In this document: piece after piece, positions 23,745 to 46,706 of the stretch
Layout: each line of letters opens with the position of its first letter
How positions within the stretch are numbered: the first letter of the stretch is position 1
Made by a program: the position numbers and the translations under genes
The notes under the pieces: generated by a model
The model's input: only the letters and a program-made list of their open reading frames with translations
Databases searched by the model: none
Told to the model about the DNA's origin: nothing
Assembly (NCBI RefSeq): GCF_006345805.1
Contig: NC_043012.1
Coordinates: 42,966,001 to 43,030,000 of the forward strand
Origin: Octopus sinensis
Lineage: Eukaryota
Length of the DNA: 64,000 nucleotides
Direction: 5' to 3'

Positions 23745-24560
23745 CATATTTATATCTTTCGTCTCAGGTTACTCTTGAGCACTTCTAAGTCCAAACGTCT
23801 ACACTGTGAGAGATGCTGTGCGTATGGTGGAACTGGGAAGGGATTATCCATTACGAATTGTTTGAATGGAACCAAACGGGCAACACGGAACTCTATGTTC
23901 AACAGATGGAACAACTCAACACGGCTATTCATGGACAGAAGCAACGATTTCTATACCGAATCGTTACTAGCGACGAAAAATGGTGCCTGTACATCAATAT
24001 GAAGCAGCGTAAGGAAGGCTTAAACCCGGTTAACACGCGACACCGCGTGTGAAACAAGATCTTCATCCATGTAAAACGATACTGTGCGTATGGTGGGACT
24101 GGGAATGGATTATCCATTACGAATTGCTTGAATAGAACCAATGGGCAACACGGAACTCTATGTTCAACAGATGGAACAACTCAACACGGCTATTCAAGAG
24201 AAAAGACCTAATTGGCAGCATGAAATTCTTTTGCTTCATGATAACATCCGCCCTCATATCGCCAACATGACCAAGGAAGCCATTCAAACGCATGGCTGGG
24301 AATTGCTGCCACACCCGCCGTACTCTCCTGATTTGGCACCAACGGATTTCCACCTCTTTCTATCTCTTTCAAATGATATGCGCAGAGTTTCATTCAATAC
24401 TGATGTAGAATTGAGAGCTTGGTTGGATCAATTTTTCGAGTCGAAATCGGATGATTTCTACCAACGAGGTATTGAAAATCTTGTTGAACGTTGGGAAGAA
24501 GTTGTAAACAACACGGGTATTAATTAATTAGTTGCTTTTTTTAATTATTAAGCCTTTTAG
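23745..24560 (+). mobile_element. Mariner transposase remnant with an internal duplication/rearrangement
   Basis: LCVWW(N/D)WxGIIHYEL occurs twice; IVTSDEKW, LLHDNIRPH, HPPYSPDLAPTDFHLF and GIENLVERW. Confidence 0.88.
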
Positions 24561-24604
24561 CAAATTTGAAAAAAAAAAGCGGCAGTAGATATGTGTGTGT
24601 GAGA

Positions 24605-24734
24605 TATGGTACTGTGGTAAGAAGTTTGCTTCCCAACCGCATAGTTTCAGGTTCAGTCCCACTGCATAGCATCTTGGGCAAGTGTCTTCTACTATAGCCT
24701 TGGGCTGATCAAAGCCTTAAACTGAAAGAAGCCC

Positions 24735-24799
<65 letters not shown>

Positions 24800-25040
24800 T
24801 TATATATATATGTACATACGTATGTGTGTGTGTGCTTGGTGTCTGTGTTTGTCCTTCATCACTGCTTGACAACTGGTATTGGTGTGTTTGCATCCCCGTA
24901 ACTTAGCAGTTTGGAAAAAAAGATATTGAGAGCATAAGTACCAGGCTTAACAAAACATAAGTACCCGGGTGGATTCACTTGATTAAGATTCCTCAAGGTA
25001 GTACCCCAGCATGACTGCAATCTGTTGGTTGAAACAAGTA
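24605..25040 (+). mobile_element. tRNA-derived SINE with an expanded (TA)n/(TG)n middle
   Basis: Same head and body as 4597-4920. Confidence 0.7.
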
Positions 25041-25179
25041 AAAGATAAATACGTGCACACACACACACACACTGAGACATACACACACACATACACACAG
25101 ACATGTATATCTTTTATCTTTTACTGGTTTCAGCCAGAGGCTGGGGCCATGCTGGAGCACCACCTTTTAATGTATTTGA

Positions 25180-26025
25180 GATTCATTTCTATACTGTTTC
25201 TGCTGAAGTTAGATAGAGCTGCTCTTCTCTGTGAGTTCCTCTGGTATTTCAGATAAAAATTTGTCCAGGCACTCTGTGAAGACCACCACAGCAACACCTT
25301 GCAAATCTCTGAGGTTTTTTGGTAGAATGTTGAACAGTTGTGGACCCTTGGGTCTTTATTTGAGATGTAGAAAATGGGATCTTTGGTCCTATACAGTAAA
25401 CTCCAGATCAGTAGTTGGTATATCTTTCAGTTTCAAACTGAGGAGCTAGACCTTTCAAGATCTCCAATATGTATATCACTGCATACCTTTCATGTCTTCT
25501 CTCTGGGGACTAGAGCTTCAATTCCTTTAGCCTCTTTCATTAGCTCATCTATTTTACCGAGTCAATCTTCTTTGTGTAGTGGTGCTTGATTGACTCAAGT
25601 TCTGCCACCAGTTTGGCACCCTACAGAGATCACTAATCCAGACTACTAAGAACAAAAGTTCTCTATAACAGTAGCATGGTGTCCTTTTTTCTGGTGTTAA
25701 ATGATCTCAGAATCCATCCAGTTACACGCCTGCAGAGTGTTATGTGGATTCCCAGGTCACACACTGACTCTGATTCTGTGATTACACTCTCCCCTGGCTA
25801 GTGTATTCTATCTGTGTGCTGTTTGTGGGACGATAGTGGAGTGCTTGAAAGTTCACAGCATTGAACTACATGTTATTTTCATCAGCCCATTTGTATATTG
25901 CATGCAGGTTCATGATGTCATCAAGGTCCTTGACTGCCTCTGATACATTTGTATCGTCAGCTGGTGAGACTGGCTGAAGGAGCCACCAAAAACTAGTAGT
26001 ACCAGTACAGTTCCTTGAGGGGCTC
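25180..26025 (-). mobile_element. CR1/L2-type LINE 3' remnant
   Basis: Minus-strand ADDT..DL..IYKWADENNM*FN and ERLKELKL*SPERRHERYAVIYIW. Confidence 0.75.
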
Positions 26026-26070
26026 TTCAAACACACACACACACACACACATGTATATATGTATGTTTGT

Positions 26071-26114
<44 letters not shown>

Positions 26115-26116
<2 letters not shown>

Positions 26117-26542
26117 TACATGGAAAATGTGAGGAAGAGAAATATTCTTAAGATTATAAACCTGGAAAATTAATAGTCTTGACCCAATGCTTATTTTTTA
26201 CATAATGAATTTGCCTACCATATTTACTATTCTACTTTGCATAAAACTTTAGCTATATTGGTACTTCTGGCTCTCGTTTTTTTAAGTATTCTAGTGTGTC
26301 AATATTTTAACAAAATGATGGTGCCTTTTTTAATTATAATGTTACTATGTAAATTAAAATCAAATAACTTTTAATATTCAAATTTTATTCTTAGCTGCAA
26401 TATTTTAAGTAAAAATTTTCTTGTTTTGTACTTTACCAGATGTAATAAGTTGTCCTGAACTTTTCCAAGCGTAATAACTTGTCCTGTACTTTTCCAGGTT
26501 TATAATCTTAAGAATATTATTTCTCACATTTTCCCATGTAAT
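26115..26542. mobile_element. AT-rich MITE-like element with about 55-bp inverted ends
   Basis: attacatggaaaatgtgag..ttaagattataaacctggaaaa versus ttttccaggtttataatcttaag..ctcacattttcccatgtaat. Confidence 0.55.
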
Positions 26543-26589
26543 CCATGTTTTTTTCCAGGCTATGCTATTATGTTAATTAATAATGTCAA

Positions 26590-26812
26590 ATGTGTCAATT
26601 AGCAGTGTCATTGATAATTTTTTCCTTACCTCAATGATACCGGTGATATATATTAAAAGTTCCCTTATAGAACTGTATTCATAAAAAAGTATAGAACTAT
26701 ATTATCACCCTCAAATTTGAGAAACAAACACTTATAACTTTTTTCTTTTAAAACTTCATTGCATGAGATTGATACCATGAAATTCCTCGAATTGAGTTCT
26801 ATCATTTAAGCT
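26590..26812 (+). repeat. Dispersed AT-rich repeat, second copy at about 63580-63808
   Basis: Long identical runs such as aaaaaagtatagaactatattatcaccctcaaatttgagaaacaaacac in both places. Confidence 0.8.
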
Positions 26813-27129
26813 AAACTATGTCTTGCAAACAACTTGCACATGCAAGTGCTACCAGTCAAGAACTCCACATACCGGAAGCCAGGAAGTGTATGGGGTCATT
26901 AGGAGAGAATGCGCGCCATTTCGGGGCCTACCTCTTGACGGCATCAATGCGCACCGGCCCTCATCACTTGCTAGATCAACTGGTTATTAAATATAGCCCA
27001 ATATTCCTCTAGCCATTGCTCAGTGTCTCTTTTTAACTAAATCCAGTGGCTAGCCTTCTCCACTGTAGTTTGGATATCGGTCATGGTGGTATTTACAATG
27101 AGTTAGACCTAACGATAGCAACAGTCGTC

Positions 27130-27400
27130 TCACACTGTGTCCAGTAAACCCTCTACACCCGACTTCGAACTTGCAAGCTGTTCGGTGTTGTAGGAAACTT
27201 CAACATCAATGGAAGATGAAGACAAGATATACTTGCCACGCAAGGATAGTGACCGTGGTCTCAAATCTTTTCTGATATTATATGAAGCGCGGATTGTGAA
27301 ATTGAAACAAAATCTGCAGCAGAGGAAAGAGATGAACGACTCTCTTTTACAAGTTTGTAACCACGAAAGCGATTGAACTTGAGGAGAGGTATGAAGTAAG
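27130..27400 (+). mobile_element. Fragment of another non-LTR RT (R4/Dong- or RTEX-like)
   Basis: GNFNIN..DKIYLPRKDSDRGLKSF..YEARIVKL resembles the post-RT motif LYLPRxxGGRGL. Confidence 0.5.
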
Positions 27401-27409
27401 AGCTGATAC

Positions 27410-30400
27410 AGGTCTCTCCTCCCATTTTCTGATTCCTCCGATATGTCGTCAGATGAAGGCGACATTGAAGAATGGCAAATAGTCACAAGGAGGGGAGAAG
27501 AAAAGGGGTAAAAAAGAACAACCACACAATCAAACAAGGCCGTGAGATACACAACTCCCGACAACAAAACTCCCACACGTAACAACACCAGCTCTACAAA
27601 CACACAAACACTAACAATGTTAACAGCCATCAACACCAACAATTTGGACCGGATGCAATACATAAGGTCAAACACCGACATAACACAAGACAATGTTAAA
27701 ACAAACAATCACCCACACACAACACCACCGCAACACATAAAAATCCTGCACATGACGCAAAATACGCACAATACACTGAAATCTCTCTACCCTGATGCAG
27801 TAGGGTACTTTTGTTGATCAGTAAATTTATTTCACTTGAAATTCTATAAATTTTCAACAGCGATTTAGTACCGACAACTAACAAGGCCAAGCTACTCCAG
27901 ACTGATGAAGGTAACTACCCTGAAACTAGTCTCTGATTGCTGGCTTTGTTGGGTGGGGGTGCTTATCTCCTCTGTTTGAAAACTTAAGGACATAGGACGC
28001 TTGTGTCACGTACCTAACTAGAAACGATGTTTCCTGGGGCTAAATAGCAGTAGCATTCTTTCCTTTCCTGGGACTGCCACGTTAAGTTGGTAACAAACAA
28101 TCACTTTATCATGCTGCTACTGTATAAATCTCTCTGAGATGTTTAGAATTGCAATATTTCTAATTCTATATAAAAACTTGCTGACAGAAACTTTCTAGGA
28201 GGATAGCAACCAACTTTCGAACTGTAAGTGACTCTCTCCCTCTTTCCTATTTATTTTTCTCCTTGTGTGTAAAGCACAAATTTCGTTAGAGCCATGCTCA
28301 AAATAGGTAGTGTAAATGAATGCGGCTTGAGGTCGCCTTGGAAACAAGGTTACCTCTTAAATGATATCAATTTACAGAACATAGATATCATAGTCATCAG
28401 TGAAACCAGACTCTCCAACCCGCACCCCCTCCCCAGCCCATATTCGGCAGACAATTCGATATTTATTTTCCCCCGTGTCTACCGAGAATGGGCGGTGGTG
28501 GTACTGCGGTGCTTTTTCGAAAGAATCTGGATCTGAAAGTAAGGGCAGTATTCCTGGACCCGGAGGGAAGGCTGGTCATCCTGGATGTCGATGGCCAGTA
28601 ATGGGTATGCTTTTCCACTGATAACAGTTTATGCACCGTCCTTAACAGGTCGGCCGGATTTCTTTCGACGTGTAGAGGTTTTCCGGGGAACGTCTCGATC
28701 TTTACTTTTAGTGGGGGATTGGAACGCTATCTTGGACACGCATCTAGACTACGTGGGTAGAGATACGAATAGGAGAGGATGTAAATGTCCCAAAGATCTG
28801 CTCAGACGTTTCCAGCTGTCTGACAGGTACCGACTGGACCACCCAAATGTAGCAATGTGGACATGGAGCAAACGCAAGGGGTCGTCCAGATCGTATATAG
28901 ATTGAGTATTCTGTTGAACAGTAGATAGGGATAGTTTAGGTTGTCCACAATTTCATATAGTGAGCTACACAGATCACACATTTGTAACTTGTACGCTTGA
29001 CTTAGATAAGAATCATAGGCAGGGTCCCGGTCACTGGAAACTGAACTCGTCGTTCACGGTGCGCCAGGCTTGCAGAAACCGGATTAGCACATTAGTGATC
29101 GTCAACAACCGCTGGTGTTATGCCCTAAAGAGATCAATCAAAGCAGAATCGTTTAGGTATAGCAAGGCTTTAGCAATAGACCGAAATAGAATAGAGGGAG
29201 GCTAAACTCAAAAGATGCGTTGTCAGAGCTAGGATGCATGCTCCGAAAAACGAAGGTGTTGCAGCAGCCTGAGATGCCCGGGTGGCGGAGGCACAACGAG
29301 GCCACAAAATCACCATTCGGTCACTAATGGATAAACAGGAGCACGAAATACTCGAGCCCGAAAAGATATGTGAGGCTTTTCAGCAGCATTTTGCCCGACT
29401 GTCCAGGACGACTGGTGCCTACCTGCATGGCCTGCCACGACTCTCGGCAAGAAAGGTGGTGTGTAGTGAAAGACTTATCACAGCCGCAGTTGTACGGAAC
29501 GTGATAGCAGGCTGTGCGGGAGACAAGTCACCAGGCTTGGATGGTTTGAACTACGAGCTTTCTTGTCATATGCCAGACTTGTTTGGAGAAGCCTTGGAAA
29601 CAGTCTACTGCAACTGGCAGCAAAACAGGTGTATCCCAGTTTTGTGAAGCGAGGAGCAGTGACGCTGCTAAAGAAAGAACCAAGCAAGTAGGGTGTTATA
29701 GATAATTTCCGGCCCATCACTCTGCTCAACACAGATCTGAAGATTTTGGCCGAGATGCCAGCCGAGACGTAAGCGCTGGTCATCGAAAAACTGGACGACA
29801 GGGCGCAAATATGCGCCGTGCCGGGAAGGAGTATGACAACCTCCATCTTATGCGCTACATTCTAGACGGGGTAGTTAAAGAACCTGGCATCGTTACTTGG
29901 AGGCTGTCCTCAGAGCGGCTGGTTTTGATCCCATCTTCCGCGGTTGGATCGCTGCTTTATACAGCGGCATCCGCTCGGTAGTTCGCGTAAATGGTCATCT
30001 GTCCAGACCATTTTACATCATGCGTTCGGTCCGTCAAAAATGTCCTCTCTCGTCGCTTTTGTATGTATTGACTCCAGAGCCATTATTGCGGAAGCTGGCG
30101 ACGCTGAGGGGCATCCCGCGAGAATTGGGATGCGGGAGGAGCGTTTCTGCATACGCAGACGACGTCACCGTCACAGTGTCGAGCCACAGTCATATCGACC
30201 TGGTCGGCGAGACACTAAAAGATTAGGAAGCGGTAACGGGAGCGAAAATTAACCCGGAAAAGTCAGTGGGCTTTCGGCTCGGCACCTGGAGAAGCAAGCC
30301 TATACCGTCCAACAACATCTTCATCGTGGGACACTGGGCCGACAGACCGGTTAAATTGCTCGGAGTCTGGTTTGGTCTGGATCTCCAAATGGAAAAGAAC

Positions 30401-31356
30401 TGGGTCGAGATAACTAGTAGAGTGGCTAGTCACACCAAGCAATAGGCCAAGAGGAAGTTATCTGTAAAAGGTTGGACTGAGGTATCGAATGCGTATATCG
30501 CATCCGTCATCTATTACCGTCTGACCGTCGTGCGTTGTCCGGAACCTATGCGTTTCATAGACGACGGTGAACAGGTGTGGTCGCCGTTTGTGAGGTGCGC
30601 TTTCTCGCAACTTGTCTCTTTGACCGAACTGCAGTCGTGGATAAAACAGAAACCGAGGCTGGGTGAATGGCACCGCGAGTACCGCCTTGCTCTCGAACAA
30701 CTCTGTAATGTCCAAACATTTCAGACCTGTGGGCTGATGTCGAACGGCTGCTGTCATGTGTGGGACGAATTCGGTTGTCGGCCGAGTCTATTGTGAATAT
30801 TACTCCGCCACCCTCCTTTAACTGGGAAGGGAAGGTAGTTTCTATTGTACTAGTGGCTAGGGTAAAAGAATGTGTGTGGTGGACTCGTGCGAAAGGTTTA
30901 GAGAGTAACACTTTCCTCTCTGGCCAATCGCTCATCAACTTTTTCAAGTACCACTTGAAAAGGAAGGTGAGAATAGAGAGGGAAGCTTTGTCTCTTTAAA
31001 GTTTCAATAAAAGGTGGGTGAATGTAGCAAAGATGGTGAATGACATAACCACTTTGAGCATAATCCTGTAAATTCAAGAGAAGAGAGAGAGAGAGCGCTT
31101 TGCTCTCATGTGTTCTTTCCCTGCCTGAGGTTACTGTGGTCTTTTTCGTAGGCTTTTCTTTCCACGGATAAACCTAATCTGTATTAAATTTTTACTTCCC
31201 CTTCTGGGAACTCTGTTATAAACGGAACATTATTATTTCGCTGTTTACATGTCCCAAACGCTTTCGATCCCTTCTGAAAAAGAAAAGTTCTACAGTGTAT
31301 TGTTCCCTCTGTATTCGGTCCTGCGTGCCTAATAAAGAAATCTGTCTGCCTGTCAT

Positions 31357-31357
<1 letters not shown>
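27410..31357 (+). mobile_element. Tx1/L1-clade retrotransposon copy A (5'-truncated, most decayed)
   Basis: ORF1 3' end; ORF2 from 28294 with APE endonuclease (MLKIGSVNECGL, ISETRL, GDWNA, TDH), RT (SAYADDVTV) and C-terminus; many stops and deletions; AATAAA at 31331, then (CTAT)n. Confidence 0.9.
27898..27935 (+). ncRNA. Minimal type I hammerhead ribozyme (Penelope-type)
   Basis: CAGA-CTGATGA-AGG(TAACTAC)CCT-GAA-ACTAGT-C/TCTG. Helix I CAGA:TCTG, intact core, 3-bp stem II, palindromic ACTAGT helix III, GUC cleavage triplet. Confidence 0.8.
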
Positions 31358-31422
<65 letters not shown>

Positions 31423-31443
31423 CATCTATCTATCCATCTATCC

Positions 31444-31539
<96 letters not shown>

Positions 31540-31544
31540 GTCTG

Positions 31545-31621
<77 letters not shown>
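31358..31621 (+). repeat. (TATC)n microsatellite between copies A and B
   Basis: Directly visible. Confidence 0.98.
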
Positions 31622-32869
31622 GTGGTCGCCGTTTGTGAGGCACGCATTCCCGCAACTCGTCTCCATGACCGAACTACAGTCGTGGATCAAAAAGAGGCCG
31701 AGGAAGGGCGAATGGCACCGCGAGTGTCGCGTTGCTCTCAAGCAACTCTGCCGTCCCGGGTCGACCTTGAGTGACTTCAACACAACCAAAGCATTCTATA
31801 GGGGATTAGTGGAGGGGAGGTACGACGACGAGCTCGGGGCAAACCTGGGCGTCGACGAGGAATACCTGACCCGCCTGTTTCAAACGACTTTCGGCCCGGG
31901 ACCTATGGACAACTTCCAGAGATTCCTGGCCTGGCGGTGCTACCGAGAAGCGCTACCCGTTCGGGATAAGCTCTATAGGCATGGCTCGAGAAACACGGGG
32001 CCGACCTGCCCGAGATGCGGGCAGAGCGACGAAACCGCTCTGCACGCAATCGTGCAGTGTCCAGCAATTTCCGACCTGTGGGCTTATGTCGAACGACTGC
32101 TGTCACGTGTGGGACGTGTCGGTTTATCAGCCGAGTCTATCGTTAATATCGTCACGCCTCCTTCCTTCAAACGGGAAAGAAGAGCTATTTTTATCATACT
32201 TGTGGCTATGGCGAAAGAATGTATCTGGTGGACGCGCCTGAAAGGATTAGAGACAAACACTTTCCTCTCTGGTCAATCTCTCATCAACTTCTTCAAGTAT
32301 CACTTGAAGAGGAAAGTGAGAGTAGAGAGGCAAGTTTTGTCTAGTGAATGTTTTAAAAAAAGATGGGTGAATGTAGCAAGGATGGCACGTATGAATGACG
32401 AAGCCACCTTGAGCATAATCCTATGAACCCAGAAATTGAAAACAGAGGGTTACCCACTTGCAAACAAATGTGGTAACATATAACAATATTGACCAAGGTT
32501 ACCGGGGTCTTTTTCGTAGGCTTTTCTTCCCACGGATAAACCTTACTTGCTTTCCCCTTTACACCATACATCATGACACTGTGATACACGATCCCTATTG
32601 ATCGTTTTTTTTCCTCTCCCCCTTTTTTCCTCTTTTTTCTTCTTTTTTCATTTTTCTTTTCTTTTTTTCCCTTTTTTCTTTTTTTTCCTTTTTTTCTTCT
32701 TTTTTTTCTCTTTTCCTTTTTTTCTTTTCTTCTTTTTTTGTTCTTTTTTCCCTTTTACGATCCCTTTTGATCGAAAACCTACGCCACCTTTTTTTTTCTC
32801 CCCAAAAGAAAAGCTCTACCTTGTAACTTGTCCTATCTGTGTGCAGCCCTGTGTGGCCAATAAAGAAAC

Positions 32870-32870
<1 letters not shown>
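31622..32870 (+). mobile_element. Tx1 copy B (5'-truncated: ORF2 C-terminus with zinc finger, and 3'UTR)
   Basis: Uninterrupted 268-codon frame with [19 protein letters not shown] (CCHC finger); AATAAA at 32859, then (TATC)n. Confidence 0.92.
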
Positions 32871-32951
<81 letters not shown>

Positions 32952-32964
32952 GTCTATCTGTCTG

Positions 32965-33043
<79 letters not shown>
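32871..33043 (+). repeat. (TATC)n microsatellite between copies B and C
   Basis: Directly visible. Confidence 0.98.
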
Positions 33044-44381
<11,338 letters not shown>

Positions 44382-44849
44382 ATACATCTGTCTATTTATC
44401 AAGCATACATACGCAGGTATACACGCGTATGTTGTAGTTCTTACATTTTCAGTGTTGCAAGTCAAATGAATGAGAATGGACGTGAAGTGGGGTTTTTCTG
44501 TACTCCATTTGAGAACACTAGTAATATTTTGAATTCATAAATCTTTTGTTACGTCACCCCGTATACTAAGGATGATAAGAATAGACAAAAATATTTTTCA
44601 GAGTACAAAAGCAACCGATTTCGCATTTTATTCCTCCCACCAAAACAACAAAAGACAAAGCAAACAAAACCAAATAAAAACAAAAGAGACTGTCATTTTG
44701 GCTTTGTAGATACAAGTACACTGAAAGACAGCATGGCCACGGTTGGGACGCCTTTTATCATACATTTATTCGATCAGAGCGTGGGTAATATAGAAATATA
44801 TTTCTTTGTTACCCACAAGATGCTAAACATAGAGGGGAAAAACAAAGAC

Positions 44850-45135
44850 AGACAAAGGGATAAAGTCAACTACATCGACCCCAGTGCGTCACTGGTACTT
44901 TATTTATCAACACCGAAACGACGAAAGGCAAAGTCGACCTCGGTGGAATTTGAACTCAGAACGTAGCGACAGACGAAATACTGCTGAGCATTTCGCCCGG
45001 TGTGCTAACGTTTCTGCCAGCTCGCCGCCTTGACCAGCTCGCCGCCTTGACCAGCTCGCCGCCTTGACCAGCTCGCCGCCTTGACCAGCTCGCCGCCTTG
45101 ACCAGCTCGCCGCCTTGACCAGCTCGCCGCCTTAG
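44850..45135 (-). mobile_element. Second tRNA-derived SINE family; this copy has a 7-fold repeated head
   Basis: Minus strand: AAGGCGGCGAGCTGG..GAGTTCAAATTCC (A/B boxes)..GTCGACTTTGCCTTTC. Related copies at about 51130-51280, 51580-51790, 51830-52000 and 52060-52215. Confidence 0.75.
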
Positions 45136-45385
45136 GTAATATAGAAATAAACAACACGGACAACAACACATAACCAACGAACCACAATGCGAACAACTAC
45201 AGCATGAGGAACAATACGAATAATCACAACTTGAAGAACAACACGAACACAGCAACACGACGCAACAACAGAAACAAGCATTCACTTTCCTAAAACCTCG
45301 GTAGAAATCCTAGAAATGCACTAGAAACTACAAAAGTATATTATAGGCTCTAGAATTGTCGAAAGACAACACTTACTCACTCACT

Positions 45386-45545
<160 letters not shown>

Positions 45546-45715
45546 GTCTTTCTTTTTGTCTTTATTAAACGCGCACACACTCATTCATACACCACATGCA
45601 CGCGCTTACATATACATATAATGTGTCTGTGAATGCATGTATATGTGTTAGCGTGTGTATATGTGTGTGTATATGCATATATATATGTATATATATATAT
45701 ATAGACATGTATCTG

Positions 45716-45773
<58 letters not shown>

Positions 45774-46189
45774 TGTGTATATAAATGTGTACGTCCTAGC
45801 AATATAGCCCTCCTTTAACCCCGACACGAAATAACACATTCACTAATATTTTTTTTACAGTTGTATCCCGTTGCGAGAAAGCTTCTTACCCCTTTATTTT
45901 TTTTATTTTCGCCCCACTGCCACTGGTTCTGGTAGTCTGTACTACTCCTAGTGCAATGTTTTTGATTATTTATCTTTCTATGTTGAACGTTATGTTTATT
46001 TTGCATCGAGTGCTACCGCTGTACTTGCATGGCCATCGTTGCCCTGGACCTAATAGACTCTACGTCTACCACCCCCGCTACCCGCTAGCCACCTATCCCT
46101 GCTGATTAGTAAACAGACAGTGTCTTCTGTTACAGTAACACTACAAAGTAAACAAAACTCACTACCGTATTTATTATACTTTTATATGT

Positions 46190-46194
46190 TTGTG

Positions 46195-46228
<34 letters not shown>

Positions 46229-46429
46229 TGTATGTATGTATGTATGTATGTATGTATGTATGTATGTATGTATGTATATAATATGTATATTATCTATGTA
46301 TATATGTATGTATGCATAAATACATATGTATATATGTTTGTGCATGTGCGCGCTTGTATGTTTGCATATATGTATATATGTATGTATGTATATATATACA
46401 TATATACATGTATATATATATTTATATAC

Positions 46430-46510
<81 letters not shown>
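46190..46510 (+). repeat. Compound (TATG)n/(TA)n/(TG)n microsatellite
   Basis: Directly visible. Confidence 0.95.
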
Positions 46511-46511
<1 letters not shown>

Positions 46512-46706
46512 ATGTATTCTCAGTAGTTTTCTTGGTGCTATTCTGTGGTAACTTGACCGAGTCTGTGCCATTCTTGTTAATGTAGGTTTGTAGATTTACC
46601 TGTAGTCTGCATACATCCATTGACTTCCTTGTCCCTTCACATCCGTGCGCATCCACGCACGAAAAGGCTATTCATTCTTTCTCCCACACACGTACGCAAG
46701 CATGCA

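Noticed and set aside
45017-45133. CRISPR-like array
   Set aside because: No spacers, a direct tandem repeat in a eukaryotic SINE context, and no cas genes.
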